Positions 7,865 to 16,363 are shown, counted from the first letter of the stretch. The stretch is DNA of 64,000 bases from Alphaproteobacteria bacterium (GCA_965238305.1 CBDEHK010000001.1:1298391-1362390); one strand, 5' to 3'. The notes: generated by a model from the sequence alone, not told the origin. Program-made: numbers and translations.

Positions 7865-8580
7865 GATCTTCCTTTCAAGGCCGTTTGGATATTGGCCATT
7901 TGGATATCGATGTCGATATTCATGATCGACGTTATCTCCAGGTCGCGATCTTCGAAGACATGAGTTTCCAGCTTCTTCTCGCGCCAAGCCGCGATCTTAA
8001 TGTCTCTCTCCCGGATCAGCAATTCGATTTGCGGATAAAAAAACGCGACCATGGCCGTAAGCCAGCGATTGGTCGGCCAGGACGGCCAGGCATGGTCGAT
8101 TTGGAAGTGATCCAACAAGGCGATGGTATTGTCGCCAGTGAACCAATTCTCGTCCGTGACCCAGCGATTGGTGGTGAAAAGCTGTTCGGGGAAACCCTTT
8201 TTGTCCATAGAGATCGCAATTAGGTGGCAGACGATGTCATCGCCGCTTGGCCACTCGGTATCACTGTCGTTTTCGACCGGACCGGTAATATCGAGTAACC
8301 CTTCTTCGCGGATGAAGGTGTGGAAATGGCCATGTTCGCCGCTTTCCGGTCGATGCGCATGATAATAATATTGCCCGTGGGTCTCGCTATCATAGACATC
8401 GCCGTCGGGGTAATGATCCCATTCGTAAAACGTCTCGACCCGATTAATCAGTTCGTCGACCACGTTACCACTGATTTTGTGCAGGACGCGGTTGCATTCA
8501 AACACTTCTTCGCCACCCGCCTGCATTTTCCGCAAGCGCCCGGTGGAGAGGTCGGCAAAATTTATCTCACGTGTGGACAT
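7861..8580 (-). CDS. conserved hypothetical protein, His-rich, translationally coupled to msrB
   Basis: 239-aa ORF. Its stop overlaps the msrB start (ATGA). Contains the His-rich stretch YYYHAHRPESGEHGHFHTF. Family not recognised. Confidence 0.5.
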   Translation of the reverse strand: MSTREINFADLSTGRLRKMQAGGEEVFECNRVLHKISGNVVDELINRVETFYEWDHYPDGDVYDSETHGQYYYHAHRPESGEHGHFHTFIREEGLLDITGPVENDSDTEWPSGDDIVCHLIAISMDKKGFPEQLFTTNRWVTDENWFTGDNTIALLDHFQIDHAWPSWPTNRWLTAMVAFFYPQIELLIRERDIKIAAWREKKLETHVFEDRDLEITSIMNIDIDIQMANIQTALKGRS

Positions 8581-8614
8581 CGTTCATATTCTCAAATTGA
8601 GGTTTCTTGATAAC

Positions 8615-9487
8615 TTATTCCCGGACCAAGCGAAAGCCGATCAGGATATGTTTCAAATGATCTGGTCGGGAATGATGGGCGGCAGGCCGGCAGACGCCGC
8701 AACCTTTGTCGTCCCACGATCCACCCTTGACGATATGGCGGCCTTTGCCCTTTGCCGTTGCCGTCCATTCAAAAACTTGTCCAGCCGGATCGACAAGACC
8801 GTGTTGGCTGTTGCCTTTGGAGTATTGGCCGACCGGTACTGTATCGAAAGGCCCCATATCGTGGCTGTTGAGCCGGCTTGGATCATATTCATTGCCCCAG
8901 GGGAAGATTTTCCCTTCGTCACCGCGCGCGGCGCGTTCCCAGTCATCCTCGCTTGGTAGGCGCCAGTGATGGCCGGTTCGCCTGGACAACCACGCCGCGT
9001 AGGCCTGAACGTCGTCGAAGGACACCAATACAACCGGATGATCTTCCCGCCCTGCAGGCATCTGGCCATCCAACCAGGCATGCCGGCGGGTCCGCGTAAA
9101 TGGGTGGATCAGGCCATAACTTCGCCAAGTTGCCGAATCGACATTCGGTGTCGGATGGCCGGTTTGGTTGATGAATTCAGCATATTGCCGATTGGTGATG
9201 AGGGTTTGGGTAATCGCATAGGCTTTACCTTGGCGTTCAGATAGGGGCGGTTCGTCTTCGTACCATTTCTGTTGCCGGGTCACGCTATGGCCGTAGGCGG
9301 CTTCATCCAGCATATAGGCCAGTTCTTTTTCGGCGCGGTTTGAACCGATGAAATAGGATCCAGCTGGAATGTGAATAACTTCAGGTGCAGCGAGATCGCT
9401 TGCGAAGGTCGGTTGGCCCACAAATATCGCCGCCAGCACCGGCAAAATACCAATTGTTCCGATTTTACATCTGATTTTCTGCATCAC
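8615..9487 (-). CDS. formylglycine-generating enzyme (FGE/SUMF1) family protein, secreted
   Basis: Signal peptide (MMQKIRCKIGTIGILPVLAAIFVGQPTFA). FGE-sulfatase domain hallmarks are RVIRGGSW-like GGSWDD, HPVVLVSFDDVQAYAAWL, WRLPSEDDWERAARG and FPWGNEY. Confidence 0.8.
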   Translation of the reverse strand: MMQKIRCKIGTIGILPVLAAIFVGQPTFASDLAAPEVIHIPAGSYFIGSNRAEKELAYMLDEAAYGHSVTRQQKWYEDEPPLSERQGKAYAITQTLITNRQYAEFINQTGHPTPNVDSATWRSYGLIHPFTRTRRHAWLDGQMPAGREDHPVVLVSFDDVQAYAAWLSRRTGHHWRLPSEDDWERAARGDEGKIFPWGNEYDPSRLNSHDMGPFDTVPVGQYSKGNSQHGLVDPAGQVFEWTATAKGKGRHIVKGGSWDDKGCGVCRPAAHHSRPDHLKHILIGFRLVRE

Positions 9488-9629
9488 CCTCAGGTAAGTC
9501 GAAAATCCCCAAATAGAAAGGCCAATTGCGTCGAATCACATAATGGTGAGCCATTGTTACTAGTCTCCGTGATCAGAGGCGTCCACATTGGGTCCGGGAA
9601 CATCAACAATCAAATTGAGGAGGCACCTC

Positions 9630-10928
9630 ATGTACGCTCAAAAGAGCAAACTATTATCATCGACAGTCATTCCGTTGGTCGCCGTGGCGGCGTTGTCATC
9701 GGCTGGCGTCATTACCATGGCAAATATCAGTTTCGCGGCCAGCAGCGCGATACCCAACAACCCAACCGCGGTATCACGCCCGGCAACGCCAGACGGATCG
9801 TACCAGGTCGCAGCCTGTACCGCCAAGAAAGCGTGTAATCCGTGCGCGACCAAAAAGAAAGGCTGTAATCCTTGCAACCCCTGTGGGGCAAAAAAAGCCT
9901 GCAACCCATGCAATCCTTGCGCGACCAAGAAAGCCTGCAATCCTTGTAACCCTTGCGGTGCGAAAAAAGCTTGTGGCGCCTGCAATCCATGCAATCCGTG
10001 CGGTGGTGCATCTGCTGCGGGGTTATCACAAAAATGCATGGTGCCGCGGTTGATGAAGGCATCGCTTTGCAATCCTTGCAATCCTTGTGCGGCGAAAAAG
10101 GCCTGCAGTCCTTGCGGCGCAAAAAAAGCCTGCAATCCGTGCGCAACCAAGAAAGCTTGCAATCCTTGCGCAACGAAGAAAGCTTGCAACCCTTGTGCAA
10201 CCAAGAAAGCCTGCGGAGCTTGCAATCCCTGTGGCGCCAAGAAAGCCTGCGGAGCTTGTAATCCTTGCGCAACCAAAAAAGCCTGCAATCCATGCAATCC
10301 CTGTGGCGCCAAGAAAGCTTGTGGAACCTGCAATCCTTGCGCAACCAAAAAAGCCTGCAATCCATGCAATCCCTGTGGCGCCAAGAAAGCTTGCGGAGCC
10401 TGCAGTCCTTGTGGCGGCGCGGCGGCACCTGAATTAACCGCGGCAGAAGCCAATTCGGTTTATGACTGCTTGAAAGCCGATATGGTCAAAGGTTATGCAA
10501 AATCAGGACTGAAAGACGCCAAACATTATGCCGATTGGGACGGTTATTCGACGCAGCCTTATGTTTCCGACACCCATGGCGGCCGCTATGTGTTCAATCG
10601 TGGGAATGCGCAGGCCAAATCTTACGGCAAATATGAAGCGGCCGGCCGCATGCCGGTCGGTGCAAAATTGGCGAAAGACAGCTTTGTCGTCAAAACCAAC
10701 GGTAAAGTGGGCTCCGGGCCGCTCTTTATTATGGAAAAAATGGCCAAGGGCTTCAGTAAGGCAAGCGATAATTGGCGGTACACGATGGTGATGCCGAACG
10801 GTCAATTGTTCGGGATGACCAACGGCAAGAATTCTGCCGGAATGAAATTCTGTTATGAATGCCATGCCACTGTTGCGGAAGGCCAAGATAGTCTGATGTT
10901 CCTACCGGACGATTATCGGGTCAATTAG
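9630..10928 (+). CDS. secreted Cys-repeat protein fused to a cytochrome P460-like c-type haem domain
   Basis: ATG 9630 follows a GAGGAGG RBS. Signal peptide, then about 210 aa of tandem KKACNPC(NPC)(G/A)(A/T) repeats with over 60 Cys, mostly as CxPC pairs. The C-terminal roughly 160 aa carry a single CXXCH (FCYECHAT) near the C-terminus and resemble the cytochrome P460 / c'-beta family. Confidence 0.6.
   Translation: MYAQKSKLLSSTVIPLVAVAALSSAGVITMANISFAASSAIPNNPTAVSRPATPDGSYQVAACTAKKACNPCATKKKGCNPCNPCGAKKACNPCNPCATKKACNPCNPCGAKKACGACNPCNPCGGASAAGLSQKCMVPRLMKASLCNPCNPCAAKKACSPCGAKKACNPCATKKACNPCATKKACNPCATKKACGACNPCGAKKACGACNPCATKKACNPCNPCGAKKACGTCNPCATKKACNPCNPCGAKKACGACSPCGGAAAPELTAAEANSVYDCLKADMVKGYAKSGLKDAKHYADWDGYSTQPYVSDTHGGRYVFNRGNAQAKSYGKYEAAGRMPVGAKLAKDSFVVKTNGKVGSGPLFIMEKMAKGFSKASDNWRYTMVMPNGQLFGMTNGKNSAGMKFCYECHATVAEGQDSLMFLPDDYRVN
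9820..10430. repeat. in-frame coding tandem repeats with 27-nt (AAAGCCTGCAATCCTTGCGCAACCAAG-like) and 36-nt units
   Basis: Near-identical units recur roughly 25 times in the sequence. They cause long spurious stop-free antisense ORFs (9638..10453, 9727..10428, 10087..10437, 9953..10261). Confidence 0.85.
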
Positions 10929-10954
10929 CTCGGCAATCGTTCGCCCCCGAACTT

Positions 10955-10991
10955 GGCGGCAGTCCGATGACTGCCGCCATTTTCTTTTGTT
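10955..10991 (+). terminator. rho-independent terminator after the Cys-repeat/P460 gene
   Basis: GGCGGCAGT-CCGATG-ACTGCCGCC, a perfect 9-bp stem, followed by ATTTTCTTTTGTT. Confidence 0.7.
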
Positions 10992-11042
10992 CCGCCCGAC
11001 ATTCACGTATGCTCGCTGCTCCGACAAACGGGAGCGAAAATT

Positions 11043-11654
11043 ATGGCGCGGGTCGAGTTTTTCTTTGATTGTTCCAGTCCATGGACCTATCTGGCGTTCC
11101 ACAATTTCGCCGTGATGGCCGATGAATTGGGCCAGGCAGTGGAATGGAAACCGATCCTCGTCGGCGGGATATTCAATACCATCAATCCTTCCGTCTATGT
11201 TTCACGTGAAACACCGGTGCCGGCGAAGGCGCGATATCAGGCTAAGGACATGCAAGACTGGGCCCGCCAAGCTGGAATAAAGATCACCTGGCCGACCACG
11301 GTCTTTCCGGTCAACAGTGTGAAGGCGATGCGGGCTTGTATTGTCGCCGCGCAAAGCGACCGCTTGATGCCTTATGCCCGGGCCGTATTCGAAACCTATT
11401 GGGGGGACGATCGGGACATTAGTCAGGATGACGTGTTGGCCGATATTGCGACAAAATGCGGTTTCGATGCGCTGGAGATGGCTGAGAAAATCCAAACTGA
11501 CGAGATCAAACTGACGTTGCGAGAAAATACCGAGGCGTTGATGCGGCGCGGCGGCTTCGGTTCGCCGACGATTTTCCTTGATCGGGACGATATGTATTTT
11601 GGCAACGACCGCTTGCCCTTGGTGCGGGCGGCTCTGGCACGGGCGGCGGCTTGA
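11043..11654 (+). CDS. 2-hydroxychromene-2-carboxylate isomerase family / DsbA-like thioredoxin-fold protein
   Basis: N-terminal VEFFFDCSSPWTYLAF and overall length (203 aa) match the HCCA-isomerase (kappa-GST/DsbA-like) family. Confidence 0.7.
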   Translation: MARVEFFFDCSSPWTYLAFHNFAVMADELGQAVEWKPILVGGIFNTINPSVYVSRETPVPAKARYQAKDMQDWARQAGIKITWPTTVFPVNSVKAMRACIVAAQSDRLMPYARAVFETYWGDDRDISQDDVLADIATKCGFDALEMAEKIQTDEIKLTLRENTEALMRRGGFGSPTIFLDRDDMYFGNDRLPLVRAALARAAA

Positions 11655-11724
11655 CAGTACCAAACGCAACTGGCTGAATATGCTACCTGCCGATCTCGAT
11701 ATCCCGCGAAAGGAGGCGACTGAG

Positions 11725-12609
11725 ATGGATTATGTCAGTTATATCGACAAGACCCGCGATTATTATCTCTCGCAAGGTTACGACAAACCCTATCAATGGG
11801 CGCAGCATGATCAGGTGCCATTTCAAGCGCTGGAAAAACCGCTCGCTGGGTGCAAACTGGCGCTCCTGACGACCAGCGAACTCGCGATCAAATATGACGA
11901 GGCGACGGAAGAAAATCCTATCACCGAAGAAGGTTTCCGTAGCGTCTATGCCATTCCCGGCGACACTCGAAGCGAACTTTTTTATAGCCGCACCAACAGT
12001 TTTGATCGTTACGCCACCCATCTGGATGACGTGAACAGCTATTTCCCGGTCGATCGCTTGCGCGAAGCGCTGGCGGCCGGCCGCATCGCTGACATCCCAG
12101 AACGCCTTTATGGTGCCTATAATAATTACAGTGTCAAAAAAGTTCTCATCGACGAAGCGCCAAAAGCCCTGGCGATGTGCCGGGAAGACAACGTTGATGC
12201 AGCAATATTGGTCCCGGTCTGACCAGTTTGCCATCAGACCGTGAGTCTGATTGCCCGCTACCTGGAAGAACATGGCATCCCAACCGTGGTGATCGCGACG
12301 GCCCGGGATATTGTTGAAAGCTGCAATGTCCCGCGATTTTTGTTTGTCGATTTTCCCCTTGGTAATCCGTGTGGGGAACCCTTCAATGTGGCGCAGCAGC
12401 GGGAAATCTTCGAAAGTGCGTTAGGTGTGCTGGAAAACGCGACAGAACCCGGTATCACCATCGAAGCCGGCTATCGCTGGAGCCAGGGCGAAGCCTGGAA
12501 AGATAGCATCTTTACCGAAGCGCAACCGTTCCTATCAGGTGAGGCCAAGCAGGCTTGGCTGGATCGCAAAGACAAATACCGCGAGTTGAAACAGAAAGGC
12601 GAGCTTTGA
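11725..12609 (+). CDS. glycine/sarcosine/betaine/proline reductase protein B (GrdB/PrdB)-family selenoprotein candidate with an in-frame UGA (Sec) at 12220..12222
   Basis: Track ORFs 11578..12222 and 12241..12609 are in the same frame and separated only by TGA. Read-through gives ...AAILVPV-U-PVCHQTVSLIARYLEEHGIPTVVIATARDIV..., a UxxC motif. The UGA sits in the 5' arm of a 7-bp hairpin GGTCTGA-CCAGTTTGCCA-TCAGACC (12216..12240). N-terminal MDYVSYIDKTRDYYLSQGYDKPYQWAQHDQVPF resembles the GRDB family. Start set at ATG 11725 after an AGGAGG RBS. Confidence 0.55.
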
Positions 12610-12848
12610 TGGCGGCGGCGGTGATCGTCTATTCGACGCCATTTTGCATCCCGTGCGAACAGCTGAAGCAGTATCTCACCGATCACAATGTCGTCTTCGA
12701 AAGCCGCGACCTGATGATGGACGAAGGCGCGGCGGAACGCTTGGAAGCCTTCGGCATCCGCTCCACCCCGGCCCTGGAAGTGGCCGGTCAAATCTACGCC
12801 GGCGCCACCCTAACCCCGGAAAAAGTGCAGGAATTGCTGGAGCTGTAG
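12608..12848 (+). CDS. glutaredoxin-like small redox protein
   Basis: 80 aa, MAAAVIVYSTPFCIPCEQLKQYL..., with a CxxC (CIPC) active site in a glutaredoxin/NrdH-like context. Its start overlaps the upstream stop (TGATG). Confidence 0.7.
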
Positions 12849-12896
12849 AATTTTTGATTTTTTGGGTCAGACCTCAAATATTTAGAATTGTCACTG

Positions 12897-14015
12897 CTAT
12901 AACAACAGATCCTGCAGAAGCCGACGCTGATAAGCCGGATCGCCGAACTGGTATTGGTTCCACAAGGCCCGGCGTAGATAGAGTTGGGCATCGCAATCAT
13001 AGGTGAAGCCGAAGGCGCCATGGAATTGGATGGCGCGGTCCCCGGCGAAGGCGAAGGTGTCGTTGGCTTTCGCTTTTGCCATCCGCACGACGGCTTCCTG
13101 ATCTTCAGTTTCGAACATTGTGGCGGCATGGTAAAGCAGCGACCGGCTGGCGTCATAGCCTAACAAAATATCCACGGTCGGATGTTTGAGCGCTTGGTAG
13201 GAGCCGATGAAGCGGTCGAACTGCAATCGGGTGTTGAGATAATCAACAATAGTCTGCAACGCCCCTAAAGTGCCACCGCAGCTTTCCGCCGCATTCAATA
13301 AGCACGCAACCATGTCAATGCGATGCAGGGCAGCTGGTGTCCCCGCCGCATCCAACAAATTGGCGCGCGGCACTTTGATGCCATCGAAACATATACGATA
13401 GCTGCGCCTGGTCTCGTCCATCACCACTTCGCGTTCAAAGGCGGTGTCCGGTAAGGCGGATCTTTCAACCAGCAACAGGGAAGTGGCGCCGTAATATTGC
13501 ACCGACAAGACAAATAGTTCCGCCGCCAGGGCATTGACGACAAGCGTTTTCGTGCCGCTCAGCGTCACTTCGTCTGTTTTGCCATCGGCGAGGCAGGCAA
13601 TATTGCTCAAATCCCAATCGCCGTTGCCCTCCGTCAATGCTAGGGTTGCGGCCATGCCTTCGGCGAGGCGCGGCAACCATTGCCGTTTCTGTTCGGTTGT
13701 GCCGCCGCTGATGATGGCTTGCGCGGCGATGGTCGAGGAAACAAACGGCGTTTCCATCAGGCGCCGGCCCATCGGTTCGACGATGGTGACAACTTCACCC
13801 AGACCCAGGCCGCTGCCGCCGAATTCTTCCGGGATCGCGATGCCGAGCCAGCCGAGTTCTCCCATCTCCTGCCAGACCGAGGCGTCGAAGCCGTTATCAT
13901 CCTCGATCGATGCGCGAACCGTTTCCATCGCCGCTTTGTCGCGACAATAACTTTCGGCGGTTTCCAGCATCATGGCCTGTTCTTCGCTAAATGCGATGGC
14001 TGAATTTCCGGTCAT
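12897..14015 (-). CDS. acyl-CoA dehydrogenase family protein
   Basis: 372-aa ACAD-fold product (…WLGIAIPEEFGGSGLGLGEVVTIVEPMGRRL…). Adjacent to a second ACAD gene. Confidence 0.8.
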   Translation of the reverse strand: MTGNSAIAFSEEQAMMLETAESYCRDKAAMETVRASIEDDNGFDASVWQEMGELGWLGIAIPEEFGGSGLGLGEVVTIVEPMGRRLMETPFVSSTIAAQAIISGGTTEQKRQWLPRLAEGMAATLALTEGNGDWDLSNIACLADGKTDEVTLSGTKTLVVNALAAELFVLSVQYYGATSLLLVERSALPDTAFEREVVMDETRRSYRICFDGIKVPRANLLDAAGTPAALHRIDMVACLLNAAESCGGTLGALQTIVDYLNTRLQFDRFIGSYQALKHPTVDILLGYDASRSLLYHAATMFETEDQEAVVRMAKAKANDTFAFAGDRAIQFHGAFGFTYDCDAQLYLRRALWNQYQFGDPAYQRRLLQDLLL

Positions 14016-14032
14016 TTTATGTCTCCACCACG

Positions 14033-15238
14033 TTAGCTTTTAGGCAGGCGCAAGACGCGCTCGCCAAGAATGTTTTTCTGGATCTGCGTCGTGCCGCCGC
14101 CGATGGTGCTGGAAAACGCTTGGAAATACGCCCGCTGCCATTTCCCGCCGACCGGTGCGGCTTCATCGCCAACATAATAATTGGCGTTTGCTCCTTGCAG
14201 GGAAAGCGAGAATTGTCCGACCCGGCGATTATGTTCGCTGCGCACCAGTTTGTTAGAAAGTGGGATGGAGCCTGGATATTCACCCAACAAGCCAGGGATT
14301 TTGGCGCGTGCGGCGTTCAGTTCCATCGCCTTATCTTCGATCAGCAGTTCGACCAATTGATCGCGAATGAGCGGGTCTTCAATGGCCGGTTTGCCGCTCC
14401 GCTGGGAATTTCGCGCCAGATCCAGCAAATCGCCGATCTTGTTCGGCATCGACGAATGCCCGCCAGCTTGCCCGCCGGTGGCACCACGTTCGAAAGTGAG
14501 CGTTGTCATCGCAACCTGCCAGCCTTCGCCCTCTTCGCCAATCAGGCAGCTTTCATGAATGCGCGCATCGGTGAAGAAAGTTTGTGCAAAACCGGTCTCC
14601 CAGGTCAGTTTTTTGATCGGCTGCACTTCAACGCCGTCGATCTTCATCGGCGAGAGGAAATAACTAAGACCTTCATACTTGGTATTGGTATCGAGATTGG
14701 TTCGCGCCAGCAGGATCATATAACTTGCATAGGTTCCCAAGCTGGTCCAAATCTTGCTGCCATTGATGACATAGTCATCGCCATCCTTGACCGCGCGGGT
14801 TTGCGCATTGCCGAGGTCGGAGCCATTGTCCGGTTCCGAGAAACCCTGACACCAGATATCTTCGGCGCTCAAGATACGTTTGATATAGGCCTGTTTATGT
14901 TCTTCCGAGCCCATTTTCAGGATCAACGGGCCGGCCCAATTAAGACCGATGGTATTGACCATGAAGGGGACATCCTGGCGCAACATTTCCGCCGTGACGA
15001 TGTCTTGTAACGCCTGCGGTCGGCTGCGTCCGCCATATTCTTTCGGCCAAGCCATGCCCAGATAACCGGCATCATAAACCTTGCGTTGCCAATCGCGCAG
15101 AAATTCGAACTGCTGATCGCTGCCAACTTCCATGAAACTTTGCGGTAGCAAAAAATCCGGCTCAGCCGGTTTATTGTCATTCAGCCAATTTGTGAACTCC
15201 GCCTTGAAATCGGCAAGTTCGGGTTCGCTCGGGGCCAT
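14033..15238 (-). CDS. acyl-CoA dehydrogenase family protein
   Basis: 401 aa with ACAD middle-domain motif ...CQGFSEPDNGSDLGNAQTRAVKDGDDYVINGSKIWTSLG and YGG. Confidence 0.85.
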   Translation of the reverse strand: MAPSEPELADFKAEFTNWLNDNKPAEPDFLLPQSFMEVGSDQQFEFLRDWQRKVYDAGYLGMAWPKEYGGRSRPQALQDIVTAEMLRQDVPFMVNTIGLNWAGPLILKMGSEEHKQAYIKRILSAEDIWCQGFSEPDNGSDLGNAQTRAVKDGDDYVINGSKIWTSLGTYASYMILLARTNLDTNTKYEGLSYFLSPMKIDGVEVQPIKKLTWETGFAQTFFTDARIHESCLIGEEGEGWQVAMTTLTFERGATGGQAGGHSSMPNKIGDLLDLARNSQRSGKPAIEDPLIRDQLVELLIEDKAMELNAARAKIPGLLGEYPGSIPLSNKLVRSEHNRRVGQFSLSLQGANANYYVGDEAAPVGGKWQRAYFQAFSSTIGGGTTQIQKNILGERVLRLPKS

Positions 15239-15261
15239 TTATCGTCTCCTTATAAAAATGC

Positions 15262-16251
15262 TTAAGCGGCAATAAGACTTTTGTTCTTATCCAGCCACGC
15301 TATGTAATCGTCAAAGGCTTCATCCAAGCCAAATCGCGGATTGTAACCGATATCGTTGAGCAATCGTTTGTTGTTCAAATGTTGGCGGTCTTTGTCGCCA
15401 TGATAACTGATGTTGTAGGTGTCAGTGTTTTCATCAACGCGGTAGCTAAAGTCCGGGAAATGTTCACTGAGTTTCCGGCACCAATCGGAGACCGGCCAGC
15501 CGGCACCGCCAAAACTAACATTCACCACCGGCGGTTCGGCTTCCTGGCGATCCAGCAAAGCCAGGATTGCCAGGGCCACATCCCGGCTATAGACCCAGTC
15601 AGTGGGGCCGCGTCGCGGCATCACGCCTTCGCCGCCAGAAAGTGCGATCCGGGTGGCTTGATGGGGTCCGCTCAACGTATCGCGAACCCCGGTGGCATAT
15701 TCCCAGGCACCGAAGACAGCGCTTAAGCGCGGCACCACAACGTTCAGACCCAGGTCTCGATACCGCAGCGCCAGTTTTTCGGCGGCAAATTTGGTCACTG
15801 CATAAAGCGTTTCCGGCTGCGCCACGGTGTCCACTTCGTCTAATTTTTCGCTGCCATAGGAGCCGGCGCCATAGACCGAAGCAGAACTAATACAGGCGAA
15901 ACGGGAGATGCCGGTAGCCAATGACGCGTCTAGCATGTGAACGGCGCCCAACGTGTTCACCGAAACCCCGGCCGCCATGCGGCCGGCTTCCAAATTGCCG
16001 GCAATGGTCAGGGCGGCCCCGTGGATAACCTGGCTTGGTTTGACAGCATCGAAGACGGCCTTAACGCTCTCGGGATCACTGACGTCGCCCGGCAGATAGT
16101 TATGCCGACCCGGCAGCGCTGCAAAGGCGGCAATCGCCCCTGCCGGTGGTGGCATAGGGCCAAATGAAGTAATCTGACCGCCGCGCTTCAGCTGTTCTTC
16201 AATGATGTTTAAGCCAACAAAACCGGAGGCGCCGGAGATCAGAATACTCAA
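15262..16251 (-). CDS. NAD-dependent epimerase/dehydratase (extended SDR) family protein
   Basis: ILISGASGFVGLNII Rossmann motif and YAVTK (YxxxK). The likely start is TTG at 16251 after GAGGAAAA. The longer ORF-track N-extension is improbable. Confidence 0.75.
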   Translation of the reverse strand: MSILISGASGFVGLNIIEEQLKRGGQITSFGPMPPPAGAIAAFAALPGRHNYLPGDVSDPESVKAVFDAVKPSQVIHGAALTIAGNLEAGRMAAGVSVNTLGAVHMLDASLATGISRFACISSASVYGAGSYGSEKLDEVDTVAQPETLYAVTKFAAEKLALRYRDLGLNVVVPRLSAVFGAWEYATGVRDTLSGPHQATRIALSGGEGVMPRRGPTDWVYSRDVALAILALLDRQEAEPPVVNVSFGGAGWPVSDWCRKLSEHFPDFSYRVDENTDTYNISYHGDKDRQHLNNKRLLNDIGYNPRFGLDEAFDDYIAWLDKNKSLIAA

Positions 16252-16363
16252 TGAATTTTCCTCACAAGATATTGTGAAATGTTGTACGAAAACCCCTAGA
16301 ATAGAACTTACGAGTATGGGAAAAATTGGTTCTAGAGGGCGAGGCCCATGAAGGAGACCTACC

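Noticed and set aside
9638-10453. Long minus-strand ORFs (271 and 233 aa) and plus-frame alternates (116 and 102 aa) across the repeat region
   Set aside because: Artefacts of the low-complexity tandem repeat, which suppresses stop codons in several frames. Only the frame starting at ATG 9630, with signal peptide, RBS and the C-terminal haem domain, is coherent.
13991-15010. 339-aa plus-strand ORF overlapping both acyl-CoA dehydrogenase genes
   Set aside because: Antisense shadow ORF. The minus-strand products have clear ACAD motifs, and the plus-strand product is low-complexity (Arg/Ala/Gly-rich) with no RBS.
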